Assembly: GCF_009914755.1 (NCBI RefSeq)
Contig: NC_060929.1
Source: the human T2T-CHM13v2.0 reference genome, Homo sapiens
Strand: one strand, 5' to 3'
Length of the DNA stretch: 64,000 nt
A program made the translations under genes and the position numbers. Within the stretch, counting starts at the first letter, position 1. Each line of letters opens with the position of its first letter. Below, one piece after another: positions 46,081 to 58,387 of the stretch. Under the pieces are notes generated by a model, which was not told where the DNA came from, made no database searches, and was given only the letters and a program-made list of their open reading frames with translations.

Positions 46081-47305
46081 TTATTTCCATATGGCCAGCA
46101 GACTCCCAGTCCCAGCTCTCCTTGAATACTGCTGGAAGGCACCTGGGACTTTGATTCCCTGTCCCATCCTATCAAGGAGAGGACAGACCAACTCCCATGG
46201 AGAGGGAGATGGCTTCTGGGCCATTTAGACCTTCCTCTACCTTCTCAACTGCTGTACCCTGTGGCCTCCAAACTACCTGCCCCTACCTTATAGTTTTGTG
46301 CTTATATCACTCCAGCTTGGGCATCAAATTACCTGTGCTGTTTTTCTCTCTAGATCACTTCTCTGCAAATACTGGTGGATGCCTGGAACTTACTTTAAAA
46401 GGCCAGTAAGTAAGTGGAATAAAAGTACCCCAGGATGACTAAAACTATCAGACCAGTGCTATGAGCATGATCCTGTTTCCTCACACTCTGGTTTAAGCCA
46501 GTCTCCCTTTCTAGAATGAGAGTGGCAAGACAACTGGGCTAAAGAATCAAGTCCCAGACCTCTGTCCCATCAGGTTTCCTGAGGACACTACCATGTTGCC
46601 ATAGCTTCCTGGCATGGCTTTTAGACAGCACTTATTTTTTAATAGTTGTATTGATACATAATCAATGTCCAGTAAATTACACATATTTAAACTACAGGAT
46701 TCAATATGTATACATATTCAATTTGTATGACATATGTATACACCTGTGAAACCATCACGGTAATCATGATCACAAACATATTCATCATCACCTCCTGCCC
46801 CTTAGCCCCACATTCCTGCACAGGCCACCAGTGATCTTCTTTATGTCACTATAGATTAGTTTGCATTTTCTAGGATTTTAGATAAATGGAATTATACAGT
46901 AATGTACTCTTTTTTCCTGGCTTATTTCACTAAGCATAATTATTTTGAGACTCATCCACATTGTAGTATATATCGATAGTTCATTTCTTCGTATTTTTTA
47001 GCAGTAATCCATTTTATGGATATATGACTATTTGGTTTTGCATTCACCCCTTGAAAAATATTTCCAGTTTAACTATATGCTGTGAATATTCATGTACAAG
47101 TCTTTTTATGAACATATTCTTTCATTTTTCTTGGGTAAATGTGTAGGATTGAGATGGCTGAATCATCTGATAGATATTATGTTTAACTTTTTAAGAAACT
47201 ACCCTTATTTTCCCAAGTGGTCATACCACTTTATTTTGTATTTCTGTCAGCAGGATATGAGAGTACCAATTCCTTCACCTTCTTGCTAACATTTGGGGTG
47301 ATCCA

Positions 47306-48149
47306 TGTGTTAGCTCCTATGGATGGTGTAACAAACTACCATCAATTTGGTGGCTTAAAAGAATAGAAATATATTCTCTCACAGTTCTAGAGACCTGAGG
47401 TCCAAAATCAGTATCTGAAATCAAAGCATGAGTGGGGCCACACTCCCTCTGGCAGTTCTAAGGGAGAATCTGTTCCTTGGCTCTTCTGACTTCTGGTGGT
47501 TGCCATATTCCTTGGTTTGTGGCTGCATCACTCCAATCTCGGCTTCTGTAGTCACGTTGCCTCTTCTGCAGGTGAAATCTGCCTCTTCCTCTCTCTTGAA
47601 AACACTTGTTGATATAGACAGGAGGCAGCCAAGGATTCCCTGGCAAAACCCTGCCTTCAAGTCTAAAACAGCCTGAAGGCTGAAAAACCAGACTGCTAAC
47701 CCTGGAGAATCTCCCACTGACCTGTGCACTGGGAGGACAGAGTGGGGCTTTGGGAAGTTCCTGCCATTTGCAATGGGGAGGACTCTGGCCCCTGCTGTTC
47801 CTGTGTGGTAACCTGGAATTTAGTCTATGAGATGGGGCCCTATTAATAGGAACTCCTATCGCTTTGTTGAGAGTCTTTTTCCTTTTTGCCCAATAAATTA
47901 CATAACACCTCACCCCTCAAAGTGTCTGTGTCCCTATTCTTTCCTGGTTGTGTGACAAGAACCCAGTTTTTCTTACAACATTATGGTAGCATTTCAGGTC
48001 CATCCAGGTAATCTCACACTTAATCACATCTCCAAAGACCTTCCCCTCCTATTTTTTTGGGGAGAGGGGGGCATATAAGATAATAGTCAGAATCTATGAA
48101 TTAGGACTTGGCTATCTTTGGGCAGGAGCCATTCTTCAGTCTACCATAG
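47306..48149 (-). mobile_element. MLT1C/D-like LTR split by an ERV1 LTR
   Basis: gtaacaaactaccatcaatttggtggcttaaaag...ttctctcacagttctagag. Confidence 0.8.
47610..47980 (+). mobile_element. MER83-like ERV1 solo LTR
   Basis: TG...CA ends, tgatatagacaggaggcagccaagg start, AATAAA near 47892; 4-bp TSD ttRt. Confidence 0.75.
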
Positions 48150-48724
48150 CCAGTCTTTTTAATTTTAGCCACTCTAACAGGTTTGTAGTGGTATCACATT
48201 GCTTTTAATTTGCATTTCCTCAGTGAGCTAACAAAGTTAACCTCTTTTTATGGGCTTATTTACCATCTGTATATCTTCTTTGTTGAAGTATGTGTTCAAA
48301 TCTTTTGCCCATTTTTAAATTGGGTTGTTTGTTTTCTTATTTTTGAATTTTGAGAGTTCTTTATCTATCCTGCATTTAAGTTCTTTATCAGGTACATCAT
48401 TTGTAATATTTCTTCTAGATTGTGTCTTGTCTTTTCATTCACTTAACAGTGCCTTCTTTGACAGCATTTCTTGATTTGTATCATCATTCATCCTTTTCAC
48501 ACTTTCTAGATTGAGCCCCTTAAGGGCATGGGCTACAAATTATTTCCTCTACACCTTCAGCACCCAGCATAATACCTGACACATAGGAGATACTCACTGA
48601 ATGCTATTTTTTTCTTCTCACTTTACTGCTCTTCCCTTTCATAGGGTCATATTTAAAAACCAAATTTTTTTTATATTAATAGTAAGATATTTCAGTGTGC
48701 TCTAGTCTGCAGCTTATTTTATTT

Positions 48725-49100
48725 TACATTTATGGAGATATGATTCGCAAACGACAAAATTTACCCTTTTAAAGTATAAAATGTAGAGGTCGTTCCTATG
48801 TTTATAAAGTTGTGCCGCCATCACCACTATCAGAACATTTCATCATCCCCCCAAAAAATGCCATACCTAGAATTCATGCCCCATTCTTTTCTCCCCCATC
48901 TCTCCCACCAATTTGTTTTCTGTCTCTTATGGATTTGCCTATTTTGGACATTTCATATGAATGTAATTATACAATATATGGCATTTTTGTGTCTGGTTTA
49001 ATTCTTTTAGAATAATATTTTCAAAGTTCATTCATGTTGTATCATGTATTAGTATTTCATTCCTTTTTATAGCTAAGTAATATTCTATTATATAGTTATA
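48725..49100 (-). mobile_element. L1MB-type 3' end (continues at 57319-57730)
   Basis: atggatttgcctattttggacatttcatatgaatg; resumes ccacattttgtttatg after Tigger3. Confidence 0.8.
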
Positions 49101-49322
49101 CAGTCATGCATCACTTAACAGTGGGGACACATTCTGAGAAATGCATCGCTAGGCAATTTCACCACCATAGGAACATCAGAGTGTACTTATACTAACCTAG
49201 ATGGGACAGTCTACTACACACCTAAGCTACATGGTATAGCCTATTGTTCCTAGGCTACAAACTGTATAGCATGTTACATTACTGAATACTGTAGGCAATT
49301 GTAACAAAATGGTAAATATCCA

Positions 49323-49756
49323 TGTCAGGGTTCTGAGCCTAAGCTAAGCCATCATATTGCCTGTGACCTGCACTTATACATCCAGATGGCCCAAAGTAAC
49401 TGAAGAATCACAAAAGAAGTGAAAATGGCCAGTTCCTGCCTTAACTGATGACATTCCACCATTGTGATTTGTTTCTGCTCCACCTTAACTGAGCAATTAA
49501 CCTTGTGAAATTCCTTCTCCTGGCTCAGAAGCTCCCCCACTGAGCACCTTGTGACCCCCACCCCTGCCTGCAAGAGAACAACCCCCTTTGACTATAATTT
49601 TCCACTACTTACCCAAATTCTATAAAACGGCCCCACCCCATCTCCCTTTGCTGACTCTCTTTTCACACTCAGCCCACCTGCACTCCAGTGAAATAAAAAG
49701 CCTTGTTGCTCACACAAAGCCTGTTTGGTGGTCTCTTCACACGGACATGCATGATA
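49323..49756 (+). mobile_element. HERV-H solo LTR7 (LTR7B/C-like)
   Basis: tgtcagggttctgagcctaagctaagccatc...gcctgtttggtggtctcttcacacggac; TATA box at 49621, AATAAA at 49692. Confidence 0.93.
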
Positions 49757-51164
49757 ATCAGTGTATCTAAACATGTTCAAATATAGAAAAGGTGCAGTTA
49801 AAATTTGGAATAAAAGATTTAAAAAGGGTACACCTGGGAGATTGCTGGCAAGATGGCCAAATACGAGCAGCTCCAGTCTACAACTCCCAGTGAGATCAAT
49901 AAAGAAGGCAGGTAATTTCTGCATTTCCAACAGAGGTACCTGGTTCATCTCATTGGAACTGGTTAGACAGTGGGTGCAGCCCACAGAGGGCAAGCCAAAG
50001 GAGGGAGGGGCATCACCTCACCCGGGAAGCACAAGGGGTCGGGGAGCTCCCTCCCCTAGCCAAGGGAAGCCATGAGGGACTGTGCCATGAGGAACAGTGG
50101 ACTCCAGCCCAGATACTACGCTTTTCCTACAGTCTTCTCAACTGCAGACCAGGAGATTCCCTTGGATGCCTACATCACCAGGGCCCTGGATTTCAAGCAC
50201 AAAACTCGGTGGTCATTTGGGCAGACACGAAGCTAGCTGCAAGAGTTTTTTTTTTCACACCACAGTGGCGCCTGGAACACCAGCAAGACAGAACCGTTCA
50301 CTCCCCTGAAAGGGGCTGAAGCCATTGAGCCAAGTGGTCTAGCTCAGCGGATCCCACCCCGACAGAGCCCAGCAAGCTAAGATCTGTTGACTTGAAATTC
50401 TTGCTGCCAGCACAGCAGTCTGAAGTTGACCTGAGATGCTTGAGCTTAGTTGGGGGAGGGGTGTCCACCATTACTGAGACTTGAGTAGCCAGTTTTCCCA
50501 TCACAGTGTAAACAAAGCCACCAGGAAGTTCAAACTGGGCGGAGCCCACTGCAACTCAGTAAAGCTGATGTAGCTAGACTGCCTCTCTAGATTCCTCCTC
50601 TCTGGGCAGGGCATCTCTGAAAAAAAAGGAGCAGCAGCTCCAGTCAGGGACTTATACCCCCATCTCCCTGGAACAGAGCACCTGGGGGAAGGGGTGGCTG
50701 TGGGCGCAGCTTCAGCAGACTTAACGTCCCTTCCTGATGGCTCTGAAGAGAGCAGTAGATCTCTCAGCATAAAGTTCCAGCTCTGCTAATGGTCAGACTG
50801 CCTCTTCAAGTGGGTCCCTGACCCCCGTGTCTCCTGACGGAAAGACACATCCTAGCAGGGGGCAACAGACACCTCATATAGAAGAGCTCCAGCTGACATC
50901 TGGGGGGTGCACCTCTGAGATGAAGCTTCCAGAGGAAGGAACAGGCAGCAATCTTTGCTGTTCTGCAGCCTCTGCTGGTGATACCCAGGCAAACAGGGTC
51001 TGGAGTAGACCTCCAGCAAACCTGCAGCAGATGGCCCTGACTGGTAGAAGGAAAACTAACAAACAGAAAGGAGTAACATCAACAACAACAAAAAAGGACG
51101 TCCACTCAGAGACCCCATCCAAACATCACTAACATCAAAGACCAAAGGTAGATAAATCCACAAA

Positions 51165-52189
51165 GACAGGGAGAAACCAGCACAAAAAGGCAGAAATTCC
51201 AAAAACTAGAATGCCTCTTCTCTTCCAAAGGATCACAATTCCATACCAGCAAGGGAACAAAACTGGAAGGGGAATGAGTTTGACAAATTGACAGGAGTAG
51301 GCTTCAGAAGGTGGGTAATAACAAACTCTTCTGAGCTAAAGGAGCATGTTCTAACCCAATGCAAGGAAGATAAGAACCTTAAGAAAAGGTTAGAGGAATT
51401 GCTAACTAGAAAAGCCAATTTAGAGAAGAACATAAATGACCTGATGGAACTGAAAAATACAACACGAGAACTTCATGAAGCATACACGAGTATAAATAGC
51501 CAAATCGATCATGCTGAAGAAACAATATCAGAAATTGAATAACAACTTAATGAAATAAAGCATGAAGACAAGAATAGAGAAAAAAGAGTAAAAATGAATG
51601 AACAAAGCCTCTAAGAAATATGGGACTATGTGAAAAGACCAAATCCACCTATGACTGGTGTACCTGAAAGTGACGGGGAGAATGGAAACAAGTTGGAAAA
51701 CACACTTCAGAATATTATCCAGGAGAACTTCTCCAACCTAGCAAGACAGGCCAACATTCAAATTCAGGAAATACTGAGAACACCATTAAGATACTCCTTG
51801 AGAAGAGCAAGCCCAAGACACATAATTATCAGATTCACCGAGGTTGAAATGAAGGAAAAAATGTTAAGGGTAGCAAGAGAGAAAGGTTGGGTTACCCACA
51901 AAGGGAAGCCGATCAGACTAACAGCAGATCTCTCTGCAGAAACCCTACAAGCCAGAAGACAGTGGGCCAATATTCAACATTCTTAAGGAAAAGAATTTTC
52001 AACCCAGAATTTCATGTCCAGCCAAAATAAGTTTCATAAGTGAAGGAGAAATAACATCCTTTAGAGACAAACAAATGCTGAGGAATTTTTGTCACAACCA
52101 AACCTGCCTTATAAGAGCTCCTGAAGGAAGCACTAAATATGAAAAGGAACAACCAGTACCAGCCACTGCAAAAACATACCAAAATGTAA
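51165..52189 (+). pseudogene. L1 ORF1p remnant
   Basis: KLENTLQNIIQENFSNLARQ... (51630-51986); start ATG lost, several stops. Confidence 0.9.
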
Positions 52190-52252
52190 AGACCATTGAT
52201 ACTATGAAGAGACTGAGTCAACTAACAGGCAAAATAACCAGCTAGCATCATA

Positions 52253-55200
52253 ATGACAGGATCAAATTCACACATAACAATATTAACCTTAAATATAAAC
52301 AAGCTAAATACCCCAATTAAAAAACACAGACTGGCAAATTTGATAGAGTCAAGACCCATTGGTGTGCTATGTTCAGTAGACCCATCTCATGTGCAAAGAC
52401 ACAAATAGGCTCAAAATAAAGGGATGGAGGAATATGTACCAAGCAAATGGAAAGCAAAAAAAAGCAGGGGTTGCAATCCTAGTCTCTGATAAAACAGACT
52501 TTAAACCAACAAAGATCAAAGAGACAAAGAAGGGCATTATATAATGGTAAAGGGATCAATGCAACAAGAAGAGCACCCAGATTCATAAAGCAAGTTCTTA
52601 GAGACCTACAAAGAGACTTAGATTCCAACACAATAATAGTGGGAGATTTTAACACCCCACTGTCAATATCAGAAACATCAACGGGACAGAAAATTAACAA
52701 GGATATTCAGGACTTAAACTCAGCTCTGGACCAAGCAGACCTAATAGACATCTACAGAACTCTCCACCCCAAATCAACAGAATATACCTTCTTCTCAGCA
52801 CCACATAGCACTTCTAAAATGGACCACATAATTGGAAGTAAAACACTCCTCAGGAAATGCAAAACAACGGAAATCATAACAGTTTCTCAGACCGCAGTGC
52901 AATCAAATGAGAATTCAGGATTATGAAACTCACTCAAAACTGCACAACTACATGGAATCTGAACAACCTGCTCATGAAGGATTACTGGCTAAATAACAAA
53001 ATTAAGGCAGAAAGAAATAAGTTTTTTGAAACCAATGAGAACAAAGACACAACACACCAGAATCTCTGGGACACAGCTAAAGCAGTGTTTAGAGGAAAAT
53101 TTATAGCACTAAATGCCCACAAGAGAAAGCTAAAAGATCTAAAATTTACACCCTAACATCACAATTAAAAGAACTAGAGAAGCAAGAGGAAACAAATTCA
53201 AAAGCTAGCAGAAGATAAGAAATAACAAAGATCAGAGCAGAACTGAAGGAGATAGACACATGAAAAACCCTTCAAAAAATCAACAAATCCAGGAGCTATT
53301 TTTTTAAAGATCAACAAAATAGATAGACAGCTAGACAGATTAATAAAGAAGAAAAGAGAGAGGAGTCAAATCGATGCAATAAAAAATGATGAAGGGGATA
53401 TCACCACTGATCCCACAGAAATACAAACTACCATCAGAGAATACTGTAAACAGCTCTACACAAATAAGCTGGAAAACCTAGAAGAAATGGATAAATTCCT
53501 GGATCCATACGCCCTCCCAAGTCTAAACCAGGAAGAGGTTGAATCCCTGAATAGACCAATAACAAGTTCTGAAATTGAGGCAGTAAATAATAGCTTACCA
53601 ACAAAAAAAGCCCAGGACCAGATGGATTCACAGCTGAATTCTACCAGAGGTACAAAGAGGAGCTGGTACCATTTCTTCTGAAACTATTCCAAACAATAAA
53701 AAAAGAGGAACTCCTCCCTAATTCATTTTATGAGGCCAGGATCATCCTGATACCAAAACCTGGCAGAGGCACAACAAAAAAAGACATTTACAGGCCAATA
53801 TCCCTGATTAACATCGATGCAAAAATCCTCAGTAAAATACTGGCAAAATGAATTCAGCAGCACATCAAAAAGCTTATCCACCACAATCAATTTGGCTTCA
53901 TTTCTGAGATGCAAGGCTGGTTCAACATATATAAATCAATAAACATAATCCATCACATAAACAGAACCAAAGACAAAAACCACATGATTATATCAACATA
54001 AAAGGCTTTCCACAAAATTCAACACACCTTAATGCTAAAAACTCTCAATAAGCTAGGTGTTGATGGAACATATGTCAAATAATAACAGCTATTTATGAGA
54101 AACCCACAGCCAATATCATACTGAATGGGCAAAAACTGGAAGCCTTCCCTTTGAAAACTGGCACAAGACAACGATGCCCTTTCTCACCACTCCTATTCAA
54201 CACAGTATTGGAAGTTCTGCCCCAGGCAATCAGGCAAGAGAAAGAAATAAAGCGTATTCAAATAGGAAGAGAGGAAGTCAAATTGTCTCTGTTTGCAGAT
54301 GACATGATTGTATATTTAGAAAACCCCATCGTCTCAGCCCAAAATCTCCTTAAGCTGATAAGCAACTTCAGCAAAGTCTCAGGATACAAAATCAATGTGC
54401 AAAAATCGCAAGCATTCTTATACACCAATAATAGACAAACAGAAAGCCAAATCATGAGTGAACTCCCATTCACAATTGCAACAAAGAGAATAAAACACCT
54501 AGGAATACAACTTACAAGGGATGTGAAGGACTTCTTCAAGGAGAACTACAAACCCCTGTTCAAGGAAATAACAGAGGACACAAATAAATGGAAAAACATT
54601 CCATGCTCATGGATAGGAAGAATCAATACGTGAAAATGGCCGTAATCCCCAAAGTAATTTATAGATTCCATACTATTCCCATCAAGCTACCATTGACTTT
54701 CTTCACAGAATTGGAAAAAACTACTTTGAATTTCTTATGGAACCAAAAAAGAGCCTGCATAGCCAAGATAATGCTAAGCAAAAAGAACAAAGCTAGAGTC
54801 CTCCCGCTACCTGGCTTCAAACTATACTACAAGGCTACAGCAATCAAAGCAATATGGTACTGGTACCAAAACAGATATATAGATCAATGGAACAGAACAG
54901 AGGCCTCAGAAATAACAGCACACATCTACAACCAAGTGATCTTTGACAAATCTGACAGACCCAAACAATGGGGAAAGGATTCCCTATTTAATGGTGTTGG
55001 GAAAACTGGCAAGCCATATGCAGAAAACTGAAACTGGACCCCTTCTTTACACCTTATACAAAAATTAACTCAAGATGGATTAAAGACTTAAACATAAGAC
55101 CTAAAACCATAAAAACCCTAGAAGAAAAGCTAGGCAATACCATTCAAGACATAGGCATGGGCAAAGACTTCATGACGAAAATACCAAAAGCAATGACAAC

Positions 55201-55976
55201 TAAAGCCAAAATTGACAAATGGGATCTAATTAAACTAAGCAGTTTCTGCACAGCAAAAGAAACTATCATCAGAGTGAACAGGCAACATACAGAATGGGAG
55301 AAAATTTTGGCAATCTATCCATCTCACAAAGGGCTAATATCCAGAATCTACAAAGAACTTAAACAAATTTACAAAAAAAAAAAAACCCCATCAAAAAGTG
55401 GGCAAAGGATATGAACAGACACTTCTTAAAAGAAGACATTTATGCAGCCAACAAGCATATGAAAAAAACCTCATCATCACTGGTCATTAGAGAAATGCAA
55501 ATCAAACCACAATGAGATATCATCTCACACCAGTTAGAATGGCGATCATTAAAAAGTCAGGAAACAACAGATGCTGGAGAGGATGTGGAGAAATAGGAGT
55601 GCTTTTACATTGTTGGTGGGAGTGTATATTAGTTCAATCATTGTGGAAGACAGTGTGGCAATCCAGCAATCCCATTACTAAGTATATATCCAAAGAATTA
55701 TAAATCAGTCTACTATAAAGACACATGCATGCATATGTTTTTGTGGCATTGTTCACAATAGCAAAGACTTGGAACCAACAGAAATGCCCATCAATGATAG
55801 GCTGGATAAAGAAAATATGGCACATATACACCATGGAACACTATGCAGCCATAAAAAAGGATGAGTTCATGTTCTTTGCAAGGACATGGATGAAGCAGGA
55901 AACCATCATTCTCAGCAAACTAACACAAGAACAGAAAACCAAACACCACATGTTCTCACTCATAAGTGGGAGTTGA
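52253..55976 (+). pseudogene. L1 ORF2p remnant
   Basis: atgacaggatcaaattcacac start; [11 protein letters not shown] in 54151-54633; many frameshifts and deletions. Confidence 0.93.
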
Positions 55977-56897
55977 ACAATGAGAACACATAGACACAGG
56001 GAGGGGAACATCAGACACCAGGGCCTGTCATGGGGTGGGGGACTAGGGGAGGGATAGCATTAGGAGAAATACCTAATGTAGATGACAGGTTGATGGGTGC
56101 AGCAAACTACCATGGCACGTGTATACCTATGTAACACACCTGCACGTTCTGCACATGTACCCCAGAACTTAAAGTATAATAATAAATAAATAAATAAAAA
56201 TGGTATACCTGTATAGTACAATACAGCTTACTCAATTGGAAATTGCTCTGGGTAAGTCAGTGAGTGAGTGATCAGTGAACGTGAAGACCTAGGATATTAC
56301 ACTATTGTAGTCTGTATAAATACTGTACACCTGGGCTATACTAAATTTATTTTTAAAAATTTTCTTACTTTGATAATAAATTAACCTTGGCTTAATGTAA
56401 TTTTTTACCTTATAAACATTTTGTTTTTTCTATTTTATGGCTTTTTTTGTGAAAACACTTAGCTTAAAACACAAACGCATTTCACAGCTGCACAAAAATA
56501 TTTTCTTTCTTTATGTCCTTATGCTAAATATATGTATTTTTCTACTAAAACTATTTTTTTCCTTTTACACATTTTTGTTAAAAAGTAAGACATGAATACA
56601 CACATTAGCCTAGGCCTACACAGGGTCAGGATAATCAATATTACATCTTCCACCTCCACATCTTGTCACACTAGAAGATCTTCAGGGACAATGACATGCA
56701 TGGAACTGCCATCTCTTATGATAACAATGTCTTCTGAAACATCTCCTGAAGGACCTGCCTGAAGCTCTTCTCGAGGAAGTGTCATTCTTTTCAGAAATAT
56801 ATTTATGGTGGATTTTTTTTTTCCAATCACAGATATGCTTGTAAGCAGATAGTGTACCATGAACATTCCTCTGTATTAATGCAAACCTTTCAGTGTG

Positions 56898-57150
56898 GGA
56901 GTCCATGTGGCATGATCTCAGCTCACTACAACCTCCACCATCCATGCTGAAGTGATCCTCCTGCTTCAGCCTCCTGAGTAGGTAGGACTATGGCATGCAC
57001 CCTTGGGCCCAGCTATTTTTTTAATTTTTTTGTAGAGATGAGGTCTCACTATATCACCCAGGCTGTTCTTGACCTCCTGAGCTCAAGCAATCCATCCACC
57101 GTGACCTCCCAAAGTGCTGGGATTACATGCGTAAGCCACCACCCCTGGCC
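56898..57150 (-). mobile_element. AluJ lacking its 3' end
   Basis: gagtccatgtggcatgatctcagctcac...aggtctcactatatcaccc...ccacccctggcc. Confidence 0.85.
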
Positions 57151-57775
57151 CCTCAAACATTTTACAGTCTGCAAAAGCTACTGCTAAACACTTCACTGTT
57201 AATTTTTGGGGGGATTCACTAGGTGATAGGAATTTTCCAGGTTCATAATAATCTTATGGAACTACTCTTCTATGTATGATCAGTAATTGACTGAATGTCA
57301 TTATGTGGTGCATGGCTTTACCACATTTTGTTTATGTATTCATCAATTGATGAACATTGGGGTTGTTTCCACTTTTTGGGTACTACGAATAATGCTGCCA
57401 TTAACATTTACATAAAAGTTTTTGCATTTACGTATGTTTTCAGTCCTCTTGGGCATATACCAAGTAGTGGAATTGTTGGGTTATATGGTAACTATGTTAA
57501 ACGCTTTTAGGAATTTTCAACTGTTTTCCAAAGCAGCTGCATCATTTTGATTTCCCACCAACAATGTATGAGGGTTCAAATTTCTCCACATTCTCATCAA
57601 CATTTGTTATTATTTGTCTTTCTTCTTGTGGCCACTCAAGTAGGCATGAAGTGTATCTCATTTTGGTTTTGGTCTGCATTTCCCTAATCACTAATGATGT
57701 TGAGCATCTTTTCACGGGTTTATTGGCCAATAGCTGATATAAAGTCTTTGTCTAGTAATTCCAACATCTAGACTT

Positions 57776-58358
57776 TGTGAAACTAAGGAATTCAAAGTCC
57801 AAGTTGTTGGAACTTTAAAATATTTGAGACCTCAGTCACATAAACAGGCAGCTGTAACCTAGAAAGCTGTAACCTGTCTCTCTGATTATAAACTAGTCTC
57901 TTTCCTTGCCTTCTTTGTGTTGTAAAATATTATAAATGGCTAAAGGGTACCAAGAAAGACCCCTTCCCTCTTAACCATTGATGTTCATTATAGATTAACT
58001 TTCTCCTTTCCTCTTTCACATGACTTCATGGCTATTACCTTGTCTGGGATAAAATTTTAAATATAGTCTTAAAATAGACAGGAAATGAAAATAATTTATA
58101 AAGAAAACAAACTGAAAAGAAAAGAAAAATTGTAACTAAATTGTTATAACTCATAAACCAGCCCTGTATTAAATAATGTTATAATCCTACTGAATGTCTT
58201 TGTTTTCTGTGTAATATATAAGCAAGACCTTAACTTATAACTTTGGAATGCTGACCCCATTTCTCTGAAGTCTGTTTCCTGGATGGCATTCTCAACTTTT
58301 CACTTGAGCAAAGCTTTTTAAGTTGGATTCCAATTCTTCCAATTATTTCAGGTTGACA
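57776..58358 (+). mobile_element. ERV1 (MER4-group-like) solo LTR
   Basis: TG start, ttcaggttgaca end, ggcagctgtaacctag repeats; interrupts L1M. Confidence 0.65.
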
Positions 58359-58369
58359 GCACCCTCAGA

Positions 58370-58387
58370 TTAGGGTTAGGGTTAGGG
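58370..58387 (+). repeat. Short interstitial telomeric sequence (TTAGGG)3
   Basis: Three perfect hexamers inside L1M sequence. Confidence 0.85.

Larger units (their letters stand above)
46635..48460 (-). mobile_element. Old L1M 3' end interrupted by LTRs
   Basis: Antisense L1M 3'UTR motifs resume at 48150 (cagtctttttaattttagccactctaacagg). Confidence 0.75.
49837..56195 (+). mobile_element. Full-length L1PA7/8-like element, inactivated
   Basis: About 1.3 kb 5'UTR, ORF1, ORF2, 3'UTR and (TAAA)n tail; TSD aaaaaKggtaYacctg at 49821-49836 and 56196-56211. Confidence 0.96.
49101..57318 (-). mobile_element. Tigger3b/MER7B-like element expanded by nested insertions
   Basis: TA-cagtcatgc at the left and catggctt-TA at the right; pieces 49101-49322, 49757-49836, 56196-56765, 57216-57318. 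Confidence 0.85.
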
